This document shows positions 52,451-61,946 of a stretch of DNA of 64,000 nucleotides, piece after piece. The translations under genes and the position numbers were made by a program. The stretch is from Methylobacillus sp. (GTDB taxonomy: Bacteria; Pseudomonadota; Gammaproteobacteria; Burkholderiales; Methylophilaceae): positions 26,519-90,518 of the forward strand of contig JAITWS010000053.1 of the NCBI GenBank assembly GCA_031285185.1, written 5' to 3'. Each line of letters begins with the position of its first letter. Position 1 is the stretch's first letter. The notes under the pieces were generated by a model that saw only the letters and a program-made list of their open reading frames with translations, was not told the origin of the DNA and did not search any database.

Positions 52451-55400
52451 ATGAGTCACTTTCTCGATCGCCTGAAGTTTTTCAACAAGGTCAAGGAAAC
52501 CTTTTCCAACGGACACGGCATTCTCACCAACGAAGACCGCCAGTGGGAAGACGCATATCGTCACCGTTGGCAGCACGACAAAGTGGTGCGCTCCACGCAC
52601 GGCGTGAATTGCACCGGCGGCTGCTCGTGGAAAATTTTTGTGAAGAACGGGCTGGTTTCGTTCGAGATGCAGCAGACCGACTACCCGCGCACGCGCGAAG
52701 ATTTGCCCGACCACGAACCGCGCGGTTGCCAGCGCGGGGCTTCGTTCTCGTGGTATTTGTACAGCCCGCATCGCATCAAGCATCCGATGATACGCGGACG
52801 CTTGCTCGATCTTTATCGTGCCGAGCGTAAAAAGGGACACGATCCGGTCGAGGCATGGGCGGCGATACAGGCCGATGAAAGCAAACGCAAGCAATATACC
52901 GCTGTGCGCGGTCTCGGCGGTTTTGTCCGCACCGATTGGGACGAAGTGACCGAGATCATCGCCGCCGCGAACATTCACACCATCAACAAATGGGGGCCGG
53001 ATCGCATTTACGGTTTTTCGCCCATCCCCGCGATGTCCATGATTTCATACGCCGCAGGTTCCCGGTATCTCTCTCTCATCGGGGGAGCGTGCGGCTCTTT
53101 TTATGACTGGTATTGCGACCTGCCCGCCGCGAGTCCGCAAACCTGGGGTGAGCAAACCGATGTGCCGGAATCGGCGGATTGGTACAACTCGACCTACATC
53201 ATCATCACCGGCGCGAATCTGCCGATGACACGCACGCCGGACGCGCACTTCGCATCGGAAGTGCGTTACAAGGGCGCGAAGATCGTCGCCATGTCGCCGG
53301 ATTACGCCGAGTTTTGCAAATTTTCCGACCTGTGGATGCCGCTGCGCCAGGGTACGGACGCGGCGGCTTTCCTCGCGATGGGGCATGTCGCGCTCAGGGA
53401 ATTTCATGTGGAAAAGCAGGATCCGTATTTTGAGGAATACGCGCGCAAATACACCGATCTGCCGATGCAGGTGATGCTGCGAAAACACGGCGACGCGTGG
53501 GTGAGCGACCGTTTTCTGCGCGCGTCCGATTTCGACGGCGCGCTGGGCGAGGGCAACAATCCCGAATGGAAAACCATTGTGTTCGACGAAAAAAGCCAAT
53601 CGTTCATCGTTCCCAATGGCTCCATCGGTTTCCGCTGGGGCGAGGAAGGGCGCTGGAATCTGCTGCCCAAAAATGCCGCGAACCAGCAGGAGATTCAGGC
53701 TGAGTTAAGCTGCATCGCCCATCGCGATGACGTGGTTTCGGTCGGCTTTCCGCATTTCAATCCCGACGAGGACGCATTGCTGTATCGCAATGTTCCCGTG
53801 CGCCGCGTCAAACTCGCGGGCGGCGCGGAGGCGCTGGTCGCTTCGGTGTTCGATCTGCAAGTCGCGCAATATGGCATAGATCGCGGACTGGGCGGCGGCA
53901 ATGTGGCGCAATCCTATGCGGATGCGGATGTGGCCTACACCCCGGCATGGGCGGAAAAAGTGACCGGCGTGAAGGCCGCCGACATCGAACGCACGGGGCG
54001 CGAATTTGCCTACAATGCTTCCCGAACCAAGGGCAAATCCATGGTCATCATGGGCGCGGCGATCAACCACTGGTATCACAACGATCTCGCCTATCGTTCG
54101 ATCATGAATCTTTTGCACATGTGCGGCTGCGTCGGTCAGAGCGGCGGCGGCTGGGCGCATTATGTCGGTCAGGAAAAACTGCGCCCGCAAGCGGGCTGGG
54201 CGCCGATCGCGTTCGGGCTGGATTGGCAGCGTCCGCCGCGCCACATGAATTCCACGTCGTACTGGTATTTTCACACCGACCAATGGCGTTACGAAACCAT
54301 CAAGGCCGATGATCTTTTGTCGCCCGCGGGCAAGGGGCGCAACAAGGGGCAATCGCTCGCCGATTACAACGTTGACGCGACGCGCATGGGCTGGCTGCCT
54401 TCGATGCCGCACTGGAACGCGAACCCGCTCGATCTCGTGGCCGAGGCCGCGCAAGCGGGCGCGACCGACGAGGCGGAAATCGCCGCGCATGTGGTCAGCA
54501 AATTGCACAAGGGCGAGCTGGATGTGGCTTTCGCCGATGTGGATAATCCGGTCAACTGGCCGCGCAACCTCATTGTATGGCGCGCCAATCTGATCGGCAC
54601 TTCGGCCAAGGGACACGAGTATTTCCTCAAGCATTTGCTGGGCGCGCAAAACGGCGTGTTGCAGGAAGGCGGCAGCGGACGCGACAACAAAAACGTGCAA
54701 TGGCGCGAGGAAGCGCCAATCGCCAAACTCGATCTCATGGTGGACATCAATTTCCGCCTCAATTCCACGGGCGCGTATTCCGACATCATTTTGCCGACCG
54801 CGACCTGGTACGAAAAGAGCGATCTCAACACCACCGACATGCACCCCTTCATCCATCCGCTGGCGGAGGCGGTGAGTCCGGGTTGGGAATCGAAATCCGA
54901 TTGGCAGATTTTCAAGTCCATCGCCAAGGCGTTTTCCGCGCTGGCGGAAAAACATCTTGGTACGAAAAAAGACCTTGTGGCGCTGCCCATGCAGCACGAT
55001 TCGGCGGCGGAACTGGCGCAGCCTTTCGGTCAGGTTGCCGACTGGAAGAAGGACGGCATCGCGCCGGTTCCCGGCAAAACCATGCCCATCCTCAAAGTGG
55101 TGGAGCGCGATTACGCGAACACCTATCGCAAATACATCGCGCTCGGCCCGCTGATGACAAAAATCGGCAACGGCATCAAGGGGCTGGATTGGAATACCGC
55201 GCAGGAATATGAGGAACTCAAGGTACACAACGGCGCGGTGAAGGAGCCGGGCATTTCCTGCGGAATGCCGTCGCTGGAAGAGGACATTGCCGTATGCGAC
55301 GCGGTGATGCGGCTCGCGCCGGAAACCAACGGCGAAGTCGCGCACAAATCGTGGAGCGCGCTGTCGAAAAAAACCGGCATAGATCATCATCATCTTTATT

Positions 55401-56206
55401 CGGGACGGCACGAGGACAAGATCACCTTCAGCGATATTCAGGCGCAGCCGCGCAAGATCATCACCGCGCCAACGTGGTCGGGGATCGAATCCGAGAAGGT
55501 GTCGTACAACGCGGGTTACACCAACATCCACGAACACATTCCGTTCCGCACGCTCACCGGACGCGCGCATTTTTATCAGGATCACGAGTGGATGCTGGAT
55601 TTCGGCGAAGGTTTTTGCGCCTATCGTCCGCCGCTCGACATGAAATCGCACAACACCGTTCCGGCGACGGTCAAGGCCAAGCCGCATCTGGTGTTGTCGT
55701 GGATCACGCCGCATTCCAAATGGGGCATCCATTCCTCGTATCAGGACAATCTCCGCATGTTGACGCTGTTCCGCGGCGGGCCTTACATCTGGGTGTCGGA
55801 AACCGACGCGCAATCCATCGGTTTGCAGGACAACGACTGGGTGGAAGCCGTCAACGCCAACGGCGCGGCGATGGCGCGCGTGGTGGTTTCGCAGCGCGTG
55901 CCGCGCGGCATGGCGCTCATGTACCACGCGCAGGAGAAAAACGTGAACACGCCGGGTTCGCCTTCCACCAACAAGCGCGGCGGCATTCTCAACTCGGTGA
56001 CGCGCGTGATCGTCAAGCCGACCAACATGATAGGCGGCTACGCGCAGCTTTCCTATGCCTTCAACTATTACGGCACGGTGGGTTGCCAGCGCGACGAGCA
56101 GGTGGTGCTGCACAAGGTCGCGGACGGCGATATTGACTGGCTGGAACGTCCGCTGACGCCGCAACGCGAGGCGCAACTCAACCCCGTCGGCATCGGCGCA
56201 AAGTAA
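52451..56206 (+). CDS. narG: Respiratory nitrate reductase alpha subunit
   Basis: STHGVNCTGGCSW, EPRGCQRG, SFYDWYCDLP (Mo-ligating Asp), HYVGQEK, HSKWGIHS; no Tat signal. Confidence 0.95.
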   Translation: MSHFLDRLKFFNKVKETFSNGHGILTNEDRQWEDAYRHRWQHDKVVRSTHGVNCTGGCSWKIFVKNGLVSFEMQQTDYPRTREDLPDHEPRGCQRGASFSWYLYSPHRIKHPMIRGRLLDLYRAERKKGHDPVEAWAAIQADESKRKQYTAVRGLGGFVRTDWDEVTEIIAAANIHTINKWGPDRIYGFSPIPAMSMISYAAGSRYLSLIGGACGSFYDWYCDLPAASPQTWGEQTDVPESADWYNSTYIIITGANLPMTRTPDAHFASEVRYKGAKIVAMSPDYAEFCKFSDLWMPLRQGTDAAAFLAMGHVALREFHVEKQDPYFEEYARKYTDLPMQVMLRKHGDAWVSDRFLRASDFDGALGEGNNPEWKTIVFDEKSQSFIVPNGSIGFRWGEEGRWNLLPKNAANQQEIQAELSCIAHRDDVVSVGFPHFNPDEDALLYRNVPVRRVKLAGGAEALVASVFDLQVAQYGIDRGLGGGNVAQSYADADVAYTPAWAEKVTGVKAADIERTGREFAYNASRTKGKSMVIMGAAINHWYHNDLAYRSIMNLLHMCGCVGQSGGGWAHYVGQEKLRPQAGWAPIAFGLDWQRPPRHMNSTSYWYFHTDQWRYETIKADDLLSPAGKGRNKGQSLADYNVDATRMGWLPSMPHWNANPLDLVAEAAQAGATDEAEIAAHVVSKLHKGELDVAFADVDNPVNWPRNLIVWRANLIGTSAKGHEYFLKHLLGAQNGVLQEGGSGRDNKNVQWREEAPIAKLDLMVDINFRLNSTGAYSDIILPTATWYEKSDLNTTDMHPFIHPLAEAVSPGWESKSDWQIFKSIAKAFSALAEKHLGTKKDLVALPMQHDSAAELAQPFGQVADWKKDGIAPVPGKTMPILKVVERDYANTYRKYIALGPLMTKIGNGIKGLDWNTAQEYEELKVHNGAVKEPGISCGMPSLEEDIAVCDAVMRLAPETNGEVAHKSWSALSKKTGIDHHHLYSGRHEDKITFSDIQAQPRKIITAPTWSGIESEKVSYNAGYTNIHEHIPFRTLTGRAHFYQDHEWMLDFGEGFCAYRPPLDMKSHNTVPATVKAKPHLVLSWITPHSKWGIHSSYQDNLRMLTLFRGGPYIWVSETDAQSIGLQDNDWVEAVNANGAAMARVVVSQRVPRGMALMYHAQEKNVNTPGSPSTNKRGGILNSVTRVIVKPTNMIGGYAQLSYAFNYYGTVGCQRDEQVVLHKVADGDIDWLERPLTPQREAQLNPVGIGAK

Positions 56207-56218
56207 AGGAGACATCAA

Positions 56219-57763
56219 ATGAAAGTACGCGCGCAATTCGCCTTCGTTTTCAACCTCGACAAGTGCATCGGCTGCCACACCTGCTCGGTCACCTGCAAAA
56301 ACGTCTGGAGCAATCGCAAGGGCGTGGAATATGCCTGGTTCAACAATGTGGAATCCAAACCGGGCATCGGCTATCCGCGCCAGTGGGAAAATCAGGAACA
56401 GTGGAATGGCGGCTGGGAACTCAAAAACGGCAAGCTGGAACTGCGCTCCGGCAGCCGCGCAAAACGGCTCATGAACATTTTCGCCAATCCCGATCTGCCG
56501 GAGATTGACGATTATTACGAGCCGTTCACCTACAACTACGCGCGTTTGCAAAACGCGCCGCTGTCCGAGGCCGCGCCGACCGCGCGACCGTTGTCGCAGA
56601 TCACCGGCGAGACCATGGACAAGATCAAGTGGGGGCCAAATTGGGAGGACGATCTCGCGGGCGAATACGCCAAGCGCAGTCAGGATCAAAACATGCGCGA
56701 CATCCAGAAGGAAATGTACGGGCAGTTTGAAAACACCTTCCATATGTATCTGCCGCGCATCTGCAACCACTGCCTCAATCCGGCCTGCGTCGCGGCGTGC
56801 CCGTCCGGCTCAATGTACAAGCGCGAGGAGGACGGCATCGTGCTGGTGGATCAGGACAAGTGCCGCAGTTGGCGCATGTGCGTTTCTTCCTGCCCGTACA
56901 AAAAAGTTTATTACAACTGGGAATCGGGCAAGGCCGAGAAGTGCATCGGCTGTTATCCGCGCGTGGAATCGGGGATGCCGACCGTGTGCTCGGAATCCTG
57001 CGTGGGGCGCATCCGCTACAACGGCATCATGCTGTACGATGCCGACCGCATCGCGGAACTCGCAAGCACCGCGAACGAGGAAGATTTGTACGAAGCGCAA
57101 TGCAAAATTTTCCTCGATCCGAACGACCCCGAGGTGATCGCCGCCGCGCGCGCCGAGGGTATCAACGAGGACTGGATCGTCGCCGCGCAAAAATCGCCCA
57201 TCTACAAAATGGCGATCGCGTGGAAGATCGCCTTCCCCATGCACCCGGAGTTTCGCACGCTGCCGATGGTGTGGTATGTGCCGCCGCTTTCGCCGGTGCA
57301 AACGCAGATAGATCAGGGCAATCTGCCGACAGGTCCCGATGGCGCGATTCCGCTTGCGGGCGCGATGCGTTTGCCGGTGCAATATCTCGCCAATCTGCTC
57401 ACCGCGGGCAAGCAGGCGCCCATCATCAGCGCGCTCAATCGCATGATCGCGATGCGGAGCTACCAGCGTTCCGTGCATGTGGAAGGTCAGGCCGACACGC
57501 GCGCGCTGGAGGCGGTTGGCATGAGCGAGGAGATGGCGCTCGAAATGTACCGCTATCTCGCCATCGCCAATTACGAAGATCGGTTTGTGATTCCGACCGG
57601 CCACGCCGAAATCGCGCTGGACGATGCCCACGGTTTTCAGGGGCAAAACGGTTTCACTTTCGGCAACGACACCTCGGCGGGCGTGAGCAAGATCACGCTG
57701 TTTCCGAGGCGCAGAAAAGAGGCGATGGAACCGAAGGAACTCGCGCCTTCCGCGGATGCGTGA
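56219..57763 (+). CDS. narH: Respiratory nitrate reductase beta subunit
   Basis: CIGCHTCSVTCK, CNHCLNPACVAAC, CRSWRMCVSSCPY, CIGCYPR...CSESCVGRIRY. Confidence 0.96.
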   Translation: MKVRAQFAFVFNLDKCIGCHTCSVTCKNVWSNRKGVEYAWFNNVESKPGIGYPRQWENQEQWNGGWELKNGKLELRSGSRAKRLMNIFANPDLPEIDDYYEPFTYNYARLQNAPLSEAAPTARPLSQITGETMDKIKWGPNWEDDLAGEYAKRSQDQNMRDIQKEMYGQFENTFHMYLPRICNHCLNPACVAACPSGSMYKREEDGIVLVDQDKCRSWRMCVSSCPYKKVYYNWESGKAEKCIGCYPRVESGMPTVCSESCVGRIRYNGIMLYDADRIAELASTANEEDLYEAQCKIFLDPNDPEVIAAARAEGINEDWIVAAQKSPIYKMAIAWKIAFPMHPEFRTLPMVWYVPPLSPVQTQIDQGNLPTGPDGAIPLAGAMRLPVQYLANLLTAGKQAPIISALNRMIAMRSYQRSVHVEGQADTRALEAVGMSEEMALEMYRYLAIANYEDRFVIPTGHAEIALDDAHGFQGQNGFTFGNDTSAGVSKITLFPRRRKEAMEPKELAPSADA

Positions 57764-57775
57764 TCGGAGAACAAT

Positions 57776-58294
57776 ATGCGTATCTACAAACTTCTTTCGA
57801 TTTTACTGGAATATCCCGACCGGGAACTCATGGAGCATCTGCCCGAATTGTCGCGGCGGCTGGCCGCAAGTCCCGATCTGGATGAAGGCGAGCGCGACGC
57901 GCTGGACGGTTTCATCGAATATCTCGCGGGCAGATCGCTGACCGCCTTGCAGGAAGACTATGTGCAAACCTTCGACATGACGGCGGAACATAGTCTGCAT
58001 CTCACACATCATTTGTTCGGCGACGACAAAAATCGCGGCCCCGCGCTGATAGACATGGGCGAGATGTACCGCGAATACGGCGTGGAAGTGCTGGGCAACG
58101 AGTTGCCGGATTATCTGCCGCTGGTGCTTGAATTTGCCGCGTATCTGGATGACGACGAAGCGCTGGTTTTTCTGTCGCACGCCAACAAGATTTTTTCGGT
58201 GTTGGCCGACAATCTCAAGAAGGCCGGCAGTCCGTATGCCGCGCTGATTTCCATTATTGAAGGACGGGCGACGCTGGCTCGTCTGGCCGCCTGA
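57776..58294 (+). CDS. narJ: Nitrate reductase Mo-cofactor assembly chaperone
   Basis: LLEYP, YVQTFD, RGPALI, ELPDYLPLVLEF; lies between narH and narI. Confidence 0.93.
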   Translation: MRIYKLLSILLEYPDRELMEHLPELSRRLAASPDLDEGERDALDGFIEYLAGRSLTALQEDYVQTFDMTAEHSLHLTHHLFGDDKNRGPALIDMGEMYREYGVEVLGNELPDYLPLVLEFAAYLDDDEALVFLSHANKIFSVLADNLKKAGSPYAALISIIEGRATLARLAA

Positions 58295-58304
58295 GGAGTC
58301 CATC

Positions 58305-58991
58305 ATGAATCTGCACAATTTCATTTACGGCGTGTATCCCTACATCGCGTTTTCCGTATTTTTGCTCGGCAGCCTGCTGCGTTTCGACCGCGAGCAATAC
58401 ACCTGGAAAAGCGATTCCACCCAGTTTCTCGCCAAGGCGAACATGCGCGCGGCGAGCAATCTGTTCCACATCGGCATACTCGCGATTTTCCTCGGCCATC
58501 TGGTCGGCCTGCTGATGCCGCACAGCGTGTTTCTCGCGCTCGGCGTTTCGGATATGGCGCACCAGATGGTGGCGATCTGGGCGGGCAGCATTTTCGGCAT
58601 TCTGTGTCTGATCGGCGGCGCGATGCTGTGGGCGCGGCGCTTTTTCAACCGGCGCGTCGCGGCGGCGGGGCGCGGCTCGGATAAATTCATACTGACCTGG
58701 CTGTTGCTCACGCTGCTGCTCGGCCTGTGCACGATTCCGGTTTCCATCGGCCACGCCAACGCGGGCAATCCCAATGTGATGATCGCGCTCGCCGAATGGG
58801 TGCAAAGCGTGATCTGGCTGCACCCGAATCCCGCGCTACTCGCGGAGGTGGACACGATATTCAAGCTGCATCTGTTCTTCGGCATGACGGTGTTTCTGGT
58901 GTTTCCGTTCACCCGCATGGTGCATGTCTGGAGCGCGCCGTTCGCCTATCTCGCGCGACCTTACCAGCTCGTGCGGGGTCGGCGCGTGTAG
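58305..58991 (+). CDS. narI: Respiratory nitrate reductase gamma subunit (cytochrome b)
   Basis: YPYIA, RFDREQYTWKSDS, LFHIGIL...GHLVG, FKLHLFFG...FPFTRMVHVWSAP. Confidence 0.95.
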   Translation: MNLHNFIYGVYPYIAFSVFLLGSLLRFDREQYTWKSDSTQFLAKANMRAASNLFHIGILAIFLGHLVGLLMPHSVFLALGVSDMAHQMVAIWAGSIFGILCLIGGAMLWARRFFNRRVAAAGRGSDKFILTWLLLTLLLGLCTIPVSIGHANAGNPNVMIALAEWVQSVIWLHPNPALLAEVDTIFKLHLFFGMTVFLVFPFTRMVHVWSAPFAYLARPYQLVRGRRV

Positions 58992-59000
58992 GCCGCAGTT

Positions 59001-59037
59001 CCCTCTCCCGCTTGCGGGAGAGGGGCAGGGGTGAGGG
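59001..59037. repeat. Short palindromic intergenic repeat element / hairpin
   Basis: CCCTCTCCCG-CTTG-CGGGAGAGGG followed by GCAGGGGTGAGGG; no T tract. Confidence 0.6.
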
Positions 59038-59042
59038 TTTGA

Positions 59043-59743
59043 CGATGCGCGACATCAACAAATTCGTGCGCGGCTTTCGGCGGTTTCAGCATCACTACCT
59101 CGAAGGCCGCCCCGCGCTGTTTGAGCGCCTTGTGGAAGAAGGGCAGCGTCCGCGCGCGCTGGTGATCGCCTGTTGCGATTCGCGCTGCGACCCGGCCTTG
59201 CTGACCGATTGCGACCCCGGCGACATGTTCGTGGTACGCAATGTCGCCAACCTCGTGCCGCCTTACACGCAGGCGATGTCGTTCGCCGCAACCAGTTCGG
59301 CGATGGCATTCGCGGTGCGGAATCTGGAAGTCGAGCATGTGATCGTGATGGGACACGCGCGTTGCGGCGGCATACGCACGCTGATGGCCGATTACCCGCC
59401 CACATGCGCGGAAGAGGCGCTGATTACGCAATGGCTGGACATCGCCACGGAAGCGCGTTTGCAGGTGCTGGAAGAGTTGCCGGACAGCCCCGGAGACATG
59501 CAGGCGCGCGCCTGCGAGCAAGCCTCGGTGCTGGTCTCGTTGGGGAACATGATGTCCTATCCGTGGATACGCCGCCGGGTGGAGGAGGGCAGCCTCGCGC
59601 TGCACGGCTGGTATTTCGATATGGAAAGCGGCGAGCTGCTGCAATACCGGGCGGAGACCGATTGCTTCGAGGTGCTGGTTGCAAACGACCTCGAAACAGC
59701 GCGCGACGGCGTGACGGAACAGATGATTATGCCGGGGATTTGA
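59043..59743 (+). CDS. Beta-class carbonic anhydrase
   Basis: IACCDSR (CxDxR), FVVRNVANLVPP, MGHARCGG (HxxC), LHGWYFD. Confidence 0.92.
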
Positions 59744-59750
59744 GACTTGC

Positions 59751-59792
59751 TTGACGCAGGTCAATTCGCTCCGGCATGAAAAGGGTTAGATT
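59751..59792 (+). promoter_or_regulatory. Class II FNR/DNR-dependent promoter of the porin gene
   Basis: Perfect palindrome TTGAC-GCAG-GTCAA (59751-59764); -10 TAGATT (59787-59792) places the box at -41.5. Confidence 0.75.
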
Positions 59793-59839
59793 TTATTTCA
59801 ATGATTTATGCAGCATTTACAACTTGTGGGAGCAACATC

Positions 59840-61168
59840 ATGAAGCACATCAAATTTACCAAACGCACACTGGCCGTCATGGTCGCCTGCGCGATTGCCG
59901 CGCCCGTTTTTGCCGCCGACGAGCCGCCTGTTATCAACTCATTTGTGGACGCACTCGAATACGGCAAGCCGATGACCAATTTCCGCCTGCGTTATGAGAA
60001 CGTGAACGACGACAATCCCGCGCACACCTCAAACGCCAATGCGTGGACGCTGCGTAGTCTGATCGGTTGGCAAACCGCGCCGTTCCACGATTTCAGCGTG
60101 GCGGTGCAGCTCATCAACGTGGCGCAATTCAACAATGAATTTTATGATGGGTCGGCGGGCGTGTTCGGCAGGAGTTCGGCGATTCCGCTGGACAAGAGGA
60201 AATATCCGGTGGTCGGCGATCCCGATTACACCAACGTCAATCAGGCTTACATCGAATGGACGGGGCTGAAAGGCACGGCGGTGCGATTGGGTCGCCAGTC
60301 GGTCAAGCTCGACAATGTGCGCTTTATCGGCAACGTCGAATTTCGTCAGGTGATGCAAGTGTTCGACGGCCTCGCGATCGAGAACAAGGGGCTGTTGCCG
60401 GATACCAGCATCTACCTCGCGCACTTCGGCGGCGTGCAACAAACCTCGACCAAATACCGCAGCGCCAACATCGAAATCGCCAACCTGAAATACAACTTCT
60501 CGCCAAGCGAAGCCCTCATCGGCTACGGTTATTTCATAGACTGGAACCACAAGGCGAATGCAACCAACGCCAACCCGTACAATGAGGACAATTCCAACCG
60601 CACGCTGGGGCTGCGTCTCGACGGCGCGCACGGCATCAACACCGACTGGAAAGCGCTCTACACCGCCGAATACGCCAAGCAGGACGACTACAAGGACGGC
60701 CTCAGCAAAATAGACGCGCACTATTTGCGATTCGGCGGCGGCGCGCAATATCAAAGCTGGTACGCGCGCATTGATCGGGAAATTCTCTCCAGCAACCGCG
60801 GACGCGACGGCAGCCTCTACGCCTTCCAGACACCGCTCGGAACCAACCACCTGTTTCAGGGCTGGGCGGATTTGCTCGTCGTCACCCCCAACGAAGGCAT
60901 CAAGGACACCTTCATCTCCGCAGGCGGCAAAGTCGCGGGCATTCAGTTGACCAGCGAATATCACTGGTACAGGTCGGACAAAAATTTCAAAACATTAACC
61001 GGAACAGGCGACAAGTACGGCGAAGAATTCAATCTGGCCGTCGCCTATCCCTGGAATAAATGGCTGGGCAAGATCGAATACGCCAACTTCAAGGAAGACG
61101 ACAAATACAGCGCCGCCCGCAAATTCGATACCCAAAAAATCTGGGCAACGGTGCTGTACACATTCTGA
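59840..61168 (+). CDS. Outer-membrane beta-barrel, alginate export (AlgE)-like porin
   Basis: Signal peptide, RLRYE, LGRQ, RFIGNVEFRQ, FQTPLGTNHLFQGWAD, C-terminal W-x-T-x-x-Y-T-F BAM signal. Confidence 0.8.
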   Translation: MKHIKFTKRTLAVMVACAIAAPVFAADEPPVINSFVDALEYGKPMTNFRLRYENVNDDNPAHTSNANAWTLRSLIGWQTAPFHDFSVAVQLINVAQFNNEFYDGSAGVFGRSSAIPLDKRKYPVVGDPDYTNVNQAYIEWTGLKGTAVRLGRQSVKLDNVRFIGNVEFRQVMQVFDGLAIENKGLLPDTSIYLAHFGGVQQTSTKYRSANIEIANLKYNFSPSEALIGYGYFIDWNHKANATNANPYNEDNSNRTLGLRLDGAHGINTDWKALYTAEYAKQDDYKDGLSKIDAHYLRFGGGAQYQSWYARIDREILSSNRGRDGSLYAFQTPLGTNHLFQGWADLLVVTPNEGIKDTFISAGGKVAGIQLTSEYHWYRSDKNFKTLTGTGDKYGEEFNLAVAYPWNKWLGKIEYANFKEDDKYSAARKFDTQKIWATVLYTF

Positions 61169-61190
61169 AAATGAAAGTTGTCGCGCGATG

Positions 61191-61218
61191 AAAACGGCCA
61201 CGAAAGTGGCCGTTTTTT
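61191..61218 (+). terminator. Rho-independent (possibly bidirectional) terminator
   Basis: AAAACGGCCAC-GAAA-GTGGCCGTTTTTTT. Confidence 0.88.
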
Positions 61219-61317
61219 TATGTCGTGATGGGATGAAAAGATATGCACACAAAGCTCTTGCTTTGCGCTTTCCAGTGGTATTTGTTTTGGGTCTGTTGAA
61301 AAAATGTTGCTGGATGC

Positions 61318-61776
61318 TTATATAGAGGTTATTTTCGACGACTCCGCCTCAACCACCCACATCTCCTGTTGCATCGCAAACTGCTCGATGATCTCCAATA
61401 TCAACACCTGCTGATGCTCCGGCAAGGCGCGTAGTTTATCCAGCAATTGCAGCTCGTGGGCGGTTGGGGTTGGCGGACTGTAGGCCACTTTTTTCATGCC
61501 GGTCTTTCGCGCTGGGGGCGCTTCCGGGATGCCGTATCTCAGCCACTGCGCGGAAACATTCAACATCTCTGCCAGCGTGGCGATCTTGTCTGCCGAAGGA
61601 CGATTTTCCCCCACCAACCATTTTTGCGCGGCCTGATTGGTGATTTGCCCTGACCCCGGATGCCGCAAATTGAACTGCAACGCCAGATCGGAAGGGCCGC
61701 TGATTTTTTTGGGGCTGCGCTTGATTGCCTGTTTCAGCCGCGCGGCAAAGGCCAGCTTTTCTTGAGAGTGTGCCAT
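61318..61776 (-). CDS. XRE/Cro-C1-type helix-turn-helix regulator
   Basis: FAARLKQAI...SDLALQFN...NQAAQKWLVGENRPSADKIATLAEMLNVSAQWLRYG; start may be 61776 or 61812. Confidence 0.8.
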   Translation of the reverse strand: MAHSQEKLAFAARLKQAIKRSPKKISGPSDLALQFNLRHPGSGQITNQAAQKWLVGENRPSADKIATLAEMLNVSAQWLRYGIPEAPPARKTGMKKVAYSPPTPTAHELQLLDKLRALPEHQQVLILEIIEQFAMQQEMWVVEAESSKITSI

Positions 61777-61946
61777 CCCGGTAGTTTCCGGGACGGGCAC
61801 TTTTTTTTGCATATTAAATGGTTGTCAAAAGCAATCAATTGATATACGCTTTCACAAAACTTTGGAAGTTGCTTGTTGATTCAGCCTGAATTTAACCAAG
61901 AGTTACGTTAAGCTAGGGCGTTTTAAGCCAAGCAAGGGGTTGGGAA

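Noticed and set aside
52451-58991. Calling the nar genes a nitrite oxidoreductase (nxr)
   Set aside because: Linkage to narXL, narK1-narK2, narJ and narI and the SFYDWYCDLP motif fit respiratory nitrate reductase; kept only as a phylogeny question.
61318-61812. XRE gene as a sign of a prophage
   Set aside because: No integrase, cro, replication or structural phage genes in the visible flanks.
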